Positions 39,925-61,739 of a stretch of DNA of 64,000 nt are shown piece after piece. How positions within the stretch are numbered: position 1 is the first letter of the stretch; the number at the start of each line of letters is the position of its first letter. The notes under the pieces are model-generated. The model did no database searches and was not told where the DNA came from. It saw only the letters and a list, made by a program, of their open reading frames with translations. The stretch comes from Macrostomum lignano. Its lineage: Eukaryota. The translations under genes were made by a program, and so were the position numbers. Location: positions 42,501-106,500 of the forward strand of contig NIVC01002806.1 in NCBI GenBank assembly GCA_002269645.1, read 5' to 3'.

Positions 39925-40262
39925 GTCACGTGATACCGAGAGTGACGTGATATTGAGAGTGACGTGATATTGAGAGTGACGTGATATTGAGAGTGACGTG
40001 ATATTGAGAGTGACGTGATATTGAGAGTGACGTGATATTGAGAGTGACGTGATATTGAAAGTCACGTGATATTGAGATTCACGTGATATTGAGATTCACG
40101 TGATACCGAGAGTGACGTGATATTGATAGTCACGTGATATTGAGAGTCACATGATATTGAGAGTCACATCATATTGAGAGTGACGTGATATTGAGATTCA
40201 CGTGATACCGAGAGTGACGTGATATTGATAGTCACGTGATATTGAGAGTCACGTGATACTGA
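39925..40262 (+). repeat. 17-bp minisatellite GTGACGTGATATTGAGA (variants TCACGTGA)
   Basis: About 20 tandem copies between the junctophilin stop and the kinase start. Confidence 0.95.
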
Positions 40263-40548
40263 AAGCCAGGCGACTCTAAGATCCTCTCTGTAAGTCTCGA
40301 AAATGTAGACTGCGAACGTCACCTTTTAGTTAATTATTTAAGGCATCGCCAATTTTGTTTAGACGGAAAAACTCGCTAAAAGTTCAACCTTCAGTGACAA
40401 AAAGTACATTGCAAAGAAAACGCATAGGAAAAAAGGGCAGACAGACTGACGCAAAATAGTCAGGGAGAGAGCAAATGTTGCTAAAATCGGAGGGCGGGGG
40501 GAGGGTGCAGGAGGGGCGGCGAAAGTTCGCGAATTGGCGGCCGGCCGG

Positions 40549-49143
<8,595 letters not shown>

Positions 49144-50696
49144 TTACAAACCGGTGAGACGGCTAAAGATCTCAGGTGTTAATTGCGTCGCCGCTCCACT
49201 GGTGGAGCGGAATCCAACGCAACTCTTGCGGCCTCGGGTTGTCAGTTTAACGCGACTGATGGCCGCCTGTTTGCCTCTTGCTTCTGCTTGCTCAACAGGC
49301 GGGCGGCCGAAAACAAGGCGGAGAAGACGGGGAGAAAGAGAAGCTTTCAGATGAACAGGAGAGACTCCCGGGTCGCCGGCCGGGTCGAAACTGAGGATCG
49401 CCAACAGAAGCCGCAGTGCTACATCTGCAGGGGGTGGCTCGCGCGTCGAAAGACCCAGGCGAGAGAGTTGGAGAGCGGGCGGGCTCTGTCTCTCGCCGCC
49501 TCTCAGCTGAGAAAAGCGGCGTGCAGGTAGACAAGGGAAAACCAAGTGGTGAAAGGTGGAGCAGAAAGGGCAGCCGATGCAAAGGGCGGAAGCGGAGGAA
49601 GAGAAGCGGTTGTCCTCCTTTTGTCGCCCTTTTAAAAGCGACCGAAACGACAAGCAGGCAGGCAGGCAGGCAAAACGAGAGGCGGAGGGAGAGCGCCGTG
49701 GGCCAGTCGCCAAGGAGAGGCGAAATGCGAAGCGCGCAGAAGCTGGGAGGCCGAGTTGCGCCGGAGAGGTTGGCTTTGACGGATCCAGAGGGGCGGGGGG
49801 CGCTGGCCGGGCTCTTCCCAACCACTTACGACCGTCGGGGAAACGAAAGAAACGGGAGAGGGAGAAGCGGGTCGGGGCCGAGGGGGTCAGGGCGCTATCG
49901 ACCGATTCAATCGGGTGCGCGTGCAGCGCAGAGAGATGGGGCGTCGCGGAGGCTGGCAGGGTGGGCATTGGTAGGCTGCGGACGCTGCGAATTGGCGCGC
50001 TGGGAATCGCAGGGTTCAGGCGAGGCGGGGGGGGAGGGGTGGGGAGCAGGACGCGAAATTGAAGGCCATGCAGCACCGCGGTTGGTGGTTTTCTAATAAC
50101 CCCGCCTGCTACCCAAGCACTTCGGGTCCCTGGGGAAAGCTAATCCCTTAATCCACCAGGTTCGGATTTCAGGCCAAATCCCCTGCCCAGACTATCGGCT
50201 TCACTTCACTGCTGCCCCCCCCCCGCGAGCCGTCATCAATCTCCGAGAGGGTCACCGACTTTTCCCGCGTCGCCGTCCCCGCCAGCAGCTAAGAGTGAAA
50301 TTCGAGCCTGAGGTTTCGCCTCAACAGGAGGTTCCGCAACCGTTTGCTGCAGTTCGCAAAGACTAGCAAGTCGCCTATGATTCCATTTTCTCTTTCGCGA
50401 CTGCACTGCTCAGTGAAAGATTCGCACTTTGCAGCAAGTGATGATTTTGAGAAAACATAATGTTCAGTTATTAGCTAAAATATTAGCTATTTATTTAATG
50501 GACACTGACTTCATGCCTCTCTGTGCAGGTGTGCGCGTCTTGAATGCTAAACTGTGAGGCGGTAATTTCTTAGGGTGCAGATCTATCAGTTGGGCATAGC
50601 GACTACTAAGAACGAGCGTAGACAAAACATGTTTGAAAGAATTCAATGACAGCTCGATATCATTGTTATGGTTCAATAAATTGATTGCTTCAAACT

Positions 50697-53600
50697 CTAA
50701 GACTGGCTAACGGCGGCCGCAGCTCCGGGTGTCTCGCGGCCCTCCAGCCCGCTGGGCGGCCGCATCGCTTCAATCCGAGCGCTTGCCTCGCTGATGTGAC
50801 TCGCCTTGGAGGCGTTTCGCGACTCCGCCGTCTCGCCCCACTCTTGGGCCGTGGCGGAGGAGCTCACATTGCCCGACAGCTTGTTGCGCTCGCGGTCCAG
50901 CGAGGACAGCAGCTTGGAGACTGCCGTGTCCGTCTTTGGCGACGGTCGGCCCTCAAGCCAGTAGGTGACCATCTTGCCTTTGCCCTGCGCGTGGGATTTG
51001 GGATTGAGAGGAGTGGCTGACGACGAATAGACTTAGGTGGCTGGTGCAGTGAGGTGGCTGGTGCAGTGAGGTGGCTGTCCCAGTGAAGTAGCATTTTGGG
51101 TCAGGTGCGTGGCAAAGAGAGGTGGCTGCCGGATTGAGACAATCAGTGGATTTGGGTTGGGGAGGCTGACTGACTTTTTCGCTTTATTTGAAGTTCCCAG
51201 CCCAGTTCAACGACAGCCAGAGTTCGCTGCCTCACTGTATGACGCGCACCTTAATGTCCACCTCGCCGCGCAGCACCGTCTGGTACACCTTGTAGGCGTC
51301 CAGACGGGCCTTGGTGGCCTCGCTGATGTGAATCTTCTGAGCCAGACCGTTGGACTCCATACGGGAGGCCGTGTTCACCACGTCGCCGAACAGGCAGTAG
51401 CGCGGCAGCTTCAGGCCCACGACGCCGGCAATCACCGTGCCGCTGTGGATGCCTTCGTTGGCGTTGGATTGGGGATTAAACTGATACGCATTCCATACTA
51501 CTGATTAATCAGCAATGAGTAGGTAAGTGGAGAGTGACTCACCAACTCGAATCTTGATGTGGGTGCTTGCATCCGAGGGGTCGACAATGGAAGTGACGGC
51601 CGTCACCATCTCCAGAGCCATCTCGGCCATGATGGCGGCGTGGAACTTGGTGACCGTCGGGATGCCCGAGGCGATCATGTACACATCGTTCACTGTCTCC
51701 ACCTTGTAGACTCGGTGCTTTTCAGTTAATTCGTCGAAACAGGCATAGATTGTGTTAAGCAGCATCACTACCTGCTGCGGCGTGATGGAATTGGCGATGT
51801 TCTTAAAACCGCAGACGTCGCTAAACTGCACCGTGGCGTCGTCGAAGGTCGAGCAGATTCTTGTTGAGGTGCCCTCGACGCGGATTTTATCTGCCACCTT
51901 CATGGCGGGAGTGTTATAGCCGTTATTTTCTGCGTTTTAACAGCTTGTTTCCCTGTTGGGTTTCCCTGTTGGGTTTCCCTGTTGGGTTTCCCTGTTGGGT
52001 TTCCCTGTTGGGTTTCCCTGTTGGGTTTCCCTGTTGGGTTTCCCTGCTGGGTTTCCCTGTTGGGTTTCCCTGTTGGGTTTCCCTGCTGGGTTTCCCTGTT
52101 GGGTTTCCCTGTTGGGTTTCCCTGTTGGGTTTCCCTGTTGGATTTCCCTGTTGGGTTTCTCTGTTGGATTTCCCTGTTGGATTTCCTTGTTGGATTTCCC
52201 TGTTGGATTTCCCTGTTGGATTTCCCTGTTGGATTTCCCTGTTGGGTTTCTCTGTTGGATTTCCCTGTTGGATTTCCTTGTTGGATTTCCCTGTTGGATT
52301 TCCCTGTTGGATTTCCCTGTTGGGTTTCCCTGTTGGGTTTCCCTGTTGGGTTTCCCTGTTGGGTTTCCCTGTTGGGTTTCCCTGTTGGGTTTCCCTGTTG
52401 GGTTTCCCTGTTGGGTTTCCCTGTTGGGGTTCCCTGTTGGATTTCCCTGTTGGGTTTCCCTGTTGGGTTTCCCTGTTGGAAACTAGCGCTTACCTGCTTA
52501 GGGATCATCTGGTACAGCAGCTCGTCCGACCGCTTCCGCTCCTCGTCCAACTTGATGAGAGCCTCCTGGAAGTGTTTGCTCTTCTCCTCCTGCTGCTGCA
52601 GTGCCAGCTTGAGCTCCGCCTGCTGCTGCTCGCCGGCCAGCACCATGTCACGCGACGAGTCGTGCATGCTGAGATCGTTGACGTACAGGCCGGCCCTCTG
52701 CATCGTGTCCACGTCCTGCAGCTGAGGGGTGCCCAAAAACACGATTGCGTCCCAGCCGTCCATGTACTTCATCTGGCCGCGCAGCCGCAGGGATGTGTTC
52801 AGCGAGCTCAGGCTCTTCTTGTACTTTTCGTGGCCGTCTGTTTTCGAAAAGTTGAGGTTCTTTGGGATCAGAGTCTTGAATCTGGGATCACAGGTTGCGA
52901 TCAACTTCCTATATCTTGATACTGGGGCATGGGATCTGGGGGTTGGGATCTCTTGTCTGAGATTTGTTGACTGGAATCTGTTGTCTAGTATCTGTGGCCT
53001 TGGATGTGGGATCTCGGATGTGCGATCTTAGCTCGTAGTTCTGAAATATCGGAGCAGTAATAGGGATCTGGGTATGCGATATTGGGTATTGAGGACAATC
53101 GCTGCTATAGGATCTAGCATTGGGGATCTGAGGCATGGGATCTAGCATTGGGGATCTGAGGCATGGGATCTAGCATTGGGGATCTGAGGCATGGGATCTA
53201 GCATTGGGGATCTGAAGCGTGGGATCTAGCATTGGGGATCTGAGGCATGGGATCTAGCATTGGGGATCTGAAGCATGGGATCAAGCATTGGGGATCTGAG
53301 GCATGGGATCTAGCATTGGGGATCTGAGGCATGGGATCTAGCATTGGGGATCTGAGGCATGGGATCAAGCATTGGGGATCTGAAGCATGGGATCTAGCAT
53401 TGGGGATCTGAGGCATGGGATCTAGCATTGGGGATCTGAGGCATGGGATCTAGCATTGGGGATCTGAGGCATGGGATCTAGCATTGGGGATCTGAAGCGT
53501 GGGATCTAGCATTGGGGATCTGAGGCATGGGATCTAGCATTGGGGATCTGAAGCATGGGATCAAGCATTGGGGATCTGAGGCATGGGATCTAGCATTGGG

Positions 53601-55916
53601 GATCTGAGGCATGGGATCTAGCATTGGGGATCTGAGGCATGGGATCAAGCATTGGGGATCTGAGGCATGGAATCTAGCATTGAGGATCTGAGGCATGGAA
53701 TCTAGCATTGGGGATCTGAGGCATGGGATCAAGCATTGGGGATATGAGGCATGGGATCAAGCATTGGGGATCTGAGGCATGGGATCAAGCATTGGGGATC
53801 TGAGGCATGGGATCTAGCATTGGGGATCTGAGGCATGGGATCTAGCATTGGGGATCTGAGGCATGGGATCAAGCATTGGGGATCTGAGGCATGGAATCTA
53901 GCATTGAGGATCTGAGGCATGGAATCTAGCATTGGGGATCTGAGGCATGGGATCAAGCATTGGGGATCTGAGGCATGGGATCAAGCATTGGGGATCTGAG
54001 GCATGGGATCTAGCATTGGGGATCTGAGGCATGGGATCTAGCATTGGGGATCTGAAGCATGGGATCTAGCATTGGGGATCTGAGGCATGGGATCTAGCAT
54101 TGGGGATCTGAGGCATGGGATCAAGCATTGGGGATCTGAGGCATGGGATCTAGCATTGGGGATCTGAGGCATGGGATCTAGCATTGGGGATCTGAGGCAT
54201 GGGATCTAGCATTGGGGATCTGAGGCATGGGATCTAGCATTGGGGATCTGAGGCATGGGATCTAGCATTGGGAATCTGAGGCATGATGAGATCTAAGGAT
54301 TGGGATACTGAGGCATGAGATCTAGCATAGGGAATCTGAGGCATGGGATCTAGAATTGGGGATCTGAGGCAAGAGATCTAGGATCGGGGATCTGAGGCAT
54401 GGGATCAAGCATTGGGGATCTGAGGCATGGGATCTAGCATAGGGAATCTGAGGCATGGGATCTAGAATTGGGGATCTGAGGCATGAGATCTAGGATCGGG
54501 GATCTGAGGCATGGGATCAAGCATTGGGGATCTGAGGCATGGGATCTAGCATAGGGAATCTGAGGCATGGGATCTAGAATTGGGGATCTGAGGCATGAGA
54601 TCTAGGATCGGGGATCTGAGGCATGAGATCTAGAATTGGGGTTCTGAGGCAAAAAAGTGTGTTCTGTTCAGCAAGACCAACCACTCGTCTTTCGGTTCTT
54701 CTCATCGGTTAGAGTGCGCAAAACTTGCAGATCCTTTTCGTCCATCTTCTGCAACGACATGAACTCGAACACGTTGTTGGTATGCATGATCACCTGTGCG
54801 GAAGGAGGCGATTCAATTTTTGCAGATGAATTTTTTCTGTCAGCTCATTTCCCGAGGCTCTGTAGAAAAAGCAGTCACCTTATCCCAGGTGAAAGGGATC
54901 ATGGGCCGGGTGAGTAGGAATGCCTCGTTCACCAGCGTGCCCTCCAGGTCGGGCAGGGCGTTGAGGATGCCGTCTCCGGCGTGGATTATCTCCAGGCCGC
55001 GGTTGAACACGATGTTGAACGGGAACACCTCGAAGAAGACCTCCGAGGGCACCGGGAAATCGTCGACGACTGCCTGTGGATTTATCGGCGGGTCCTCGTG
55101 GGTGCTTGTCGGCTGATAATCTTACAAATGGCCTGCGCCTAAACACATATAAACACAATTCTAAACACATGATTGCAGCCATGGCCAGGTTTTCTTGTAC
55201 TATTGGGACCTCCTATTCATGGCGTCAATCTGCCTCCCTTTTTAAGCGTTCTTCAAAACGTCTTCCAGCAGATTACTGTGTGGGGCGTTTTAACGCGTAC
55301 TGGTACGGTACCTCTCCCGACGCGCATCAGCATTAACAACGTTCTCACTTACTTTATAGCCGGTGTTGTGAAAGTGCAGCCTCATAATGCAGTTTGTCAT
55401 CTCACTGGTCTCCTCCAGGTTGATGATTGTGATGGTGATGCGGCTCTGGTAGAACGTCTTGCCGATCGTGGTGATCATGCCCTGCACGTAGTGCGTGTAG
55501 CCCTGCCGCCTAGTCCGGTACTGCAGGGTGATGCCAGTGGAACTCTCGTTCATGCAGAAGAACGACGGTGGCCGAAGCTTCTTGTAGCTCATCCGAAGGT
55601 ACTCGTGCAGGTTGTCCAGCCCATTGAGGAAGTCGCGCAGGTTGCGGCCGAGAACGCGGAGGACACCATCGTAGCCAAAGTTGGACAGGTAGGAGACAAA
55701 GTAGGCGCCATTCGCGTAGGCCAGGGTGGACGCCTCCACGTTGAGGTTGGCGGACGCAGTGGCCAGAATCTTGGGAATGATGGTCTCGCTGTACACCTCG
55801 TGAATGGAGAAGCTTTTAACCTCTGTGTCGGACTTGTGAATAAGGAAGTACCACATGTCGTCACCGTAGTGCTCCATGATGAAGCTGCGGAGACCTTCTA
55901 GAAGTAGGCCGTACAT
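50697..55916 (-). CDS. Atypical soluble guanylyl cyclase (Gyc-88E / GCY-31-like; H-NOX, PAS, coiled coil, cyclase)
   Basis: Seven exons 55916-55353, 55112-54879, 54793-54685, 52837-52494, 51897-51543, 51452-51250, 50984-50697. [19 protein letters not shown] (proximal His), YRTRR heme motif, [73 protein letters not shown]. Confidence 0.94.
51945..52480 (+). repeat. Intronic 13-bp minisatellite GGGTTTCCCTGTT
   Basis: About 41 copies starting next to the exon-4 donor. Confidence 0.97.
53110..54650 (+). repeat. Intronic 28-bp minisatellite GGGATCTGAGGCATGGGATCTAGCATTG
   Basis: About 55 head-to-tail copies. Confidence 0.97.
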
Positions 55917-56956
55917 GCTTAGTGCTGAATGAGGTAAGACAACTTGATGTCGGCTTTTGCCAGTGGCACTCCCTGCCCCCTTATATCCTGAAGAGCTGGC
56001 CGCTCATTAGTATCGAGTCAGCCAATTTGGAGCTCTTCGGTTCCGTCTGCGGCTCAGCGCAGAGTTCGGCTGCTCGGCTTTTGTTTTATTTTTGTACCAG
56101 TCTGGAGGCTGTCTAGACTCAATAGTAGTGCTCAGAACAATGAGCTGCTCATTAGCTAACCATTTAGACCAGAGCAGTCCACCAGTTGCCGTTGGTGGCG
56201 TCAGTGTGGAAGCAACTGACACCTGCACTTGTGACGCCTGTTTTGCCCGGTTTAATGAAGGCGACACTCTCTGTTCCCGGGTCGCGGGGTTTCTAGGAAG
56301 TTCTCATTATGAGAAGGGAAATTCACAATTTTTCGTCTCCCAACGACCTTCCCGTGCCACGCATGGGGCGCCTAAGGTGCTTAAGGCTTTCATTCACTCC
56401 AAATTGCGAGTCTGAGCTAATAGATAAACATGTAAAAGAGAACATGTAAAGAACATCTGACTCACTGATGCAGCTCAGCTGACTTGATTTAGTTAGCTCA
56501 AATAAAAAAACACCACCAGCGTAGGCGAGACATTTTTGACATGATCGGGAAAAAGGCATTTCCAAATATTTTTCCAAGTGTCTTTGTGTCAGGTCCAAGC
56601 AAAAGAATATATATTTGGTCCAACAAGCTTCTGTTTATTGCTAGCGATTAGGTCAAAACTAAATATAAACTTTTGTTGCAGAGTCAAGCTCTAAAAGAAA
56701 TTATATCCAACCAGAGGAATTCGTTTAAAACCAGAGGCAAATGATCAGAGAGGCAGCCTTTTACAAACTTTGATGTGCTGCTAAAAACAGAAATTTTTCT
56801 GTAAATTAAAAGCTAATTTTGCGTAGGTTGACAGATTAGTATAAGGACCGAATTTTCTTAAACTATAAAGGCAGCTCTAATAGGATATTGAATATGAAAC
56901 AAAGCTGTTTTTTTAGGCAGTTGCCGGGAGTTTTCGAGTAAGACCTCACGCTGGCC

Positions 56957-59900
56957 TCAAATCCAGCCGTGCTGCGACCAGTAGGTGATGAGAGTCCATG
57001 TCCGGTTGAGCCCGTCGGTGCTCGGGTGGAGGCCCTGCATGTCAACACTGAAGGCGTGGCTGGAGTTGAACGCCAACCCGTAGGTGCCGAACAGCGCGCT
57101 GGCGTTGCTGCTGCCGAAGTCCGACCACGGCACTTCCACGGCACGTAGGCCGGCGGCCAGGTAGGCGGTGTACTCATCCTCCGACACGGTGCTCCACGTC
57201 CAGCCGCCGTCGTCCGAGCGGACCCGGCTGGCCTGGTCGAAAGAAGTGCCGTACAGCCGCGACGCGCCCGGCTCCACAAATCAAATCTGGCTAACCAGGT
57301 CGTCCAGCCTCTCCCAGGTGATGCCGAAGTCGGCGGTGCGCGAGCACCTGCTCTGCCCTCCTGGCCGGTTCAGCATACACACATAAAGGACACCGTCGGC
57401 CGGGTTCACCACGTAGCCGCGGCCCTGTGACGAGCCAGATGCGGTTGGCACAGGCTCATAGCAGGCCTCGGCCGCTGCCGTGTCCGCCATCAGGACGCAG
57501 CCGTAGAACTCGACGCGCAGCGACCGGCTGAAACTGCTCGGTCCGCCGGTCAGCGGCAGCAGGCGGATGAAGCGGCAGGCTACCGGTCGGCTAAGCAGAA
57601 CGTAGGCCGAACCGGCAGTGTAGCTGGCGTTAAACACCTACAAGGGCAAAACACAGGTGTTCAGATCCGGTTTGATAGAATCAATTAGCTGTAAGAGGAT
57701 CTTGAGAGGTAATTTTGCCTTTTCCAAACTGAATAATGAAAATCCATTTATTGAGAACCTTTCCTCAATAAATTCAAGGATATTTAAGCAAACATGATGA
57801 ATATCCGATTACTGTTCGTATTCGGAGCAGTATTTTTATAAATCCAACTAAGTTTATTCTCTCAGTACGAGCTATTCAGCGTTGCACAAGGCAACGATAA
57901 ATTCTCGACCAGTAAACTCATTCGAGATCAACATAAATTTTTGGACTCTGGATTTAAATACACATAAAATTATGACCTCCGATTCATCTACATCTGCAAA
58001 GCCTCGAGGCTCAGCCCTCACCTCCTTTGTACCGGAAACGCTCGAGGTGACTTCGAACCACAGGAGCCCCTCCTCACTGTGCTGCAGCCAGAAAGTGTCA
58101 ACCCGATTGGACGAATCGCTGCTGTGACTTTGCAGGCGAACAGCGGTGACTTGAGTCCGGTTGCCGAGGCTAATATCCAGGTATTCGCTGCCGTAGAATG
58201 GGGGCACCGGTGTAGACTGGACCAGGCCCGGTCCGAGTTGTACCGGCCTTTTGTTGCCACGTCGCTTCCTAATTGTCCGCTGGCCGTGATCTGACAGTCG
58301 CAGATACTGCCAGACTCCATGCCGAGTGCCCTGAAGCACTCGAATGTAGATTTCTATGTTTTTGCGATATGTCGGCGTGTAGGTGGACAGGTCAGCAATG
58401 GATGTGAGGCCGGCTGACTTGTTTCGAAAGGTGAAGAAGGCGTCGGCAAGAATGGTGACTGTGGTGACGCCTCTCCCGGGCCTTAGCGCACCCTGAGGAT
58501 CCACTGTGACGTTGATTGTCACTTGAAACTTCTGTGTGTACAAAATCGATGGGATGGAGATTACGAGACCCTCGTTGATGTCCGTCTTGTTTATCAAGGT
58601 GACGGAGCCGGGGTTCGACTCAGCCAAAGCCGTGTAACCAAGGATGTGCGGCAGGTACCAACACAGCTTTACATTGTAGGCGTTGCCGTGAGAGTTCTCG
58701 GTGTGGTTGAGGCGGATGGACAGCTGAAGCTGCGTTCCAGGCGTTTTGTTGGCCACCGGGATAGCAAGAGCTTCGTCCTGGAAAAGTTGCAGTCACGGCT
58801 TGTCCTTTGGATTAGCGATCACCTGAACGGTAGCCATGGAAACTTTGCTTAGGCAACTGTAAGTCAGCTCACAGTAAAGATTCTGCACGCTTCCATGAAT
58901 GTTCACGATGTGGTCCGTTAGTTGAGCCTTCACTTGTATCTGAATCACATCCTGATCTTTGTGGTACTCGGCGTATTGGTAACGACGCCAGACGCCTGAA
59001 TTAGCGATCATGCCGGACACTGTCATCCTGTCAATCTGAAAGTTGCCTAGGTTTGACTCGTTGCCATAGACAAGCCTTATACGATCTTGGCAGCAATAAT
59101 TTGGCCCGATGAAGGACACATTTAAGTCTCAGAGCAAGAATATCGCTTCGCCCGAGATTGTGTTTGAAAAGATGCTAATTGCCATGCTGGTGAGGGCTTC
59201 TCCAATTGATACGTTAAACGTAAAACTTTTTTCCTCGAAAATTCTCATGCCGACAGGCTGCAGATCGGCCGCAGTCACGGTCGGGTTGAGATCCTGCACA
59301 GACGGCAGACTGCTAACAACTGTGAGGGATTTAGATCCCACGAAAAAGACAGCATTGCTTAGGTTGACAATCGCACCAATCCACAGGCTCTCACCAGGGT
59401 TCGTTAGGGAGCCATTGATAAAGATGTCTGCCTCAATTCGAATCTTATTGTCTACTTGCTCTATCGGACCTGAGACAGCGATATTCTGCCCACACGCAGT
59501 GAGCAGATGTGCATCTTGCCGCGATCGGATGAGTTGAACGGCACCAGTAGTTCAACCGAGTAGTTGGCGATGGTGTCGACTGGCAGAAAGCCCTCCAGGA
59601 CAAACGTATGGAATCCATCGGCAACAATCTGCTCCGAATCGTTTCTCAGACGAATACTGAATCTCGGACTAAAGTTCAGTTCTGGCAGAGTAGCGTCGAC
59701 TGTCAAGTTGGCCGCATCTGTCCACAATACACTTGAACCCAGGGACGATGAGGTCGAGCCATAGACATTTGATCCCGTATCGCCGGACTTCAGTTGAAGA
59801 ACAATGTCAAACAGTCCAGAGTTGTCGCTACCAGTGTATGGCTGATTAAGTTGACCAAAGTTAGCAAAGTTTAGCAAATCAGGGTGTAGTTACCAACAGA

Positions 59901-60996
59901 TTGCGAGTTGGCGAAGGTAGTTGTGCTAGGACTTATCATGGAGCCTAGGCAAGGAATGTTCCGGCCCCTTTTAGCGAGTCCGATGCGGCAAATGCTAAGA
60001 TTCTCACTTAGGGAAACTGCGTTTATGCTGTAGTGTCCGTAGGCCTGCGGCACGCTAGTCATGTTGACAAGCATTGTGTAGGATCCTCCAACCCAGACAG
60101 TGGTGTTTGGCGTCTTCCTCACGGTAGCAAGAGTTGACTGATTTGACACTGCGACACTATTAAAAATTGTGACGGGATTATAGCTGAGGTCGACTCGATT
60201 AGAAAATGCAACTACCAGATTGTTCAAGACTTTGCAGGAAATCCAATAGAGCGTGTTGTTGATCAAATTCGACGCATTCACTATATAATGCGCCGTAATG
60301 AATGCGAACACGTGAAATCGTATGGTATTCTTCTCTGAGAGCCACGGATAGTCTATGCTACCAACGTTCGAAATAAATCCTCCAGGGAACTTGATAACTA
60401 CCTTGTTGACCCGGCCATCGTCAGGTCATCAAGAGTCAGTTGTCGTGGTAGTATTTCCAGTAATATTCGACCAAGCGTAAGCGGCCTGGCCAACCCAAAT
60501 CTTTGTGCTGTTGGCGAAGCGGGCTCTAAAGCTGACACGATAGGTCATGTTGCTCAACATTCTGGGAGAGTTAAGTACCTTCGTTGTGAATTCGCATGCA
60601 ATCTGGTTGTCGGACAAAACTGCACTGGGCCCACTGCTGGTAAGGTTGACTATTGTGAGCGAGGCCCTATCGTTTCGATAGTCGTTACCTTTGGCTTCCA
60701 GGACCCATTGGTTGTTTAATTCCGTAGTATTGGATCCCTGTAGGTAGGGGTCAATCCAGGTTACCTGCGGGGAGCAGAGAGAGAACAGAGCCGACGTGTT
60801 GCTCGGGTGTAGATCTCAGCTCGCAGTTCAGTCGCCATGCTGCCTGGCAGGGTGCCGGTAACGCGGAATTGTAGGTAACATAAGCCGGGTGGAAGCCGAT
60901 CTTCTCCATTATCCAGGTGATGTTCTGGTCGCTTTGGCTCTGCCCCAGCTCTGGGAGAAAGACCAAGACGGAAAGCAATGTTATCAGCGATAGCAT
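56957..60996 (-). pseudogene. Disrupted gene for a large secreted protein: repeated beta-rich modules, F5/8 type C (discoidin) domain and Asp-box (SxDxGxTW) motifs
   Basis: Signal peptide MLSLITLLSVLVFLPELGQS; modules with C-x7-G-x-N-x-x-C; discoidin LGMESGSI.D.QITAS...AW...EYLDISLG..VTAVRLQ...RFIRLLP..SLRVEFYGC; TADFGITW and SDDGGWTW. One clear intron 58021-57638. In-frame TGA at 60431, 60428, 59131, 58795, 57283; frame changes near 60780, 59880, 59480, 58353, 58217. Confidence 0.8.
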
Positions 60997-61739
60997 TGAG
61001 CCTTGAGGTTGTCAGCTGGATTCTTTGGTTGGATATTGCGAATGACTATCCAAGCTGTTGCTTATTGTCTATGCCTGTCTTGTAATGAATCCTGATTTAG
61101 GGGGTTTTATATAACACCGTATGAGCCGCGCTCCACAGTTTATTATTGTGGGTGCCTTGGCAACCGAGCTCCGAAAGCAATTCCGAGAAAAATAAGAAAA
61201 AAATTCGTTGCTATTGCCGATTGAGAGCCAGCTCCCTCCCAACTGGTTTATCAATGATTTGCAAGGATTCTCCCTACAGACCTGCTCTGCCCGCATGTTT
61301 TATCACTTGTGTCAAAGCATCTAAATTTTTCAAGCCTTGCATTCAGCTGAAATAAAACAGAATTTTTTTTAATCAGATTAAATTCCCAATCTGAATAATA
61401 AAGAATTGTAGAAGATTCGTTGCGTTGAAAAAATCTCTGCTGCAGTTGTTTGTGGGATTGCGACAACATTGATGTCATGGAATCAATGCGATGCCTACCT
61501 CGCCTTGCTTGCCTTTTAAGCCCTCGTTCCGACTACGAATTAGCATAATAAAGGGATACAGAACAAAATACATGCACATGTTGATTCGCATGCAGTGTTG
61601 AATTCACGTAAATCTAACAGTTGCGATGATTGCTAGTGAACAAAAACTTTTAGCTGCATTTTCACTGGATGAAATACATGTAAATTTTCATACATAGCTG
61701 ACACAATAACTATATATGCGGTATACATAGGCTTGATTT

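Noticed and set aside
49144-50096. Overlapping 170-310 aa ORFs on both strands
   Set aside because: GC-rich low-complexity 5' region of junctophilin with no domain signature.
51900-52493. sGC isoform with a [13 protein letters not shown] repeat tail via intron retention
   Set aside because: The 13-bp unit has no stop in any frame, so the open frame is expected by chance; canonical GT-AG sites give the normal cyclase.
55917-55940. Acceptor-like TTCAG 8 nt before the sGC ATG as a trans-splice site
   Set aside because: Cannot be told apart from an ordinary 5'UTR intron without transcript data; no SL RNA gene seen.
56400-56956. SECIS element supporting selenocysteine read-through of the discoidin gene
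   Set aside because: No AUGA..AA..GA core seen by eye, and frameshifts argue for a pseudogene.
59845-59900. 56-nt intron explaining the frame change near 59880
   Set aside because: A CTAAC and AG are present, but splicing would delete a strand that looks like part of the module (YTL.NFGQLN); a 17-nt slippage duplication fits better. Not fully excluded.
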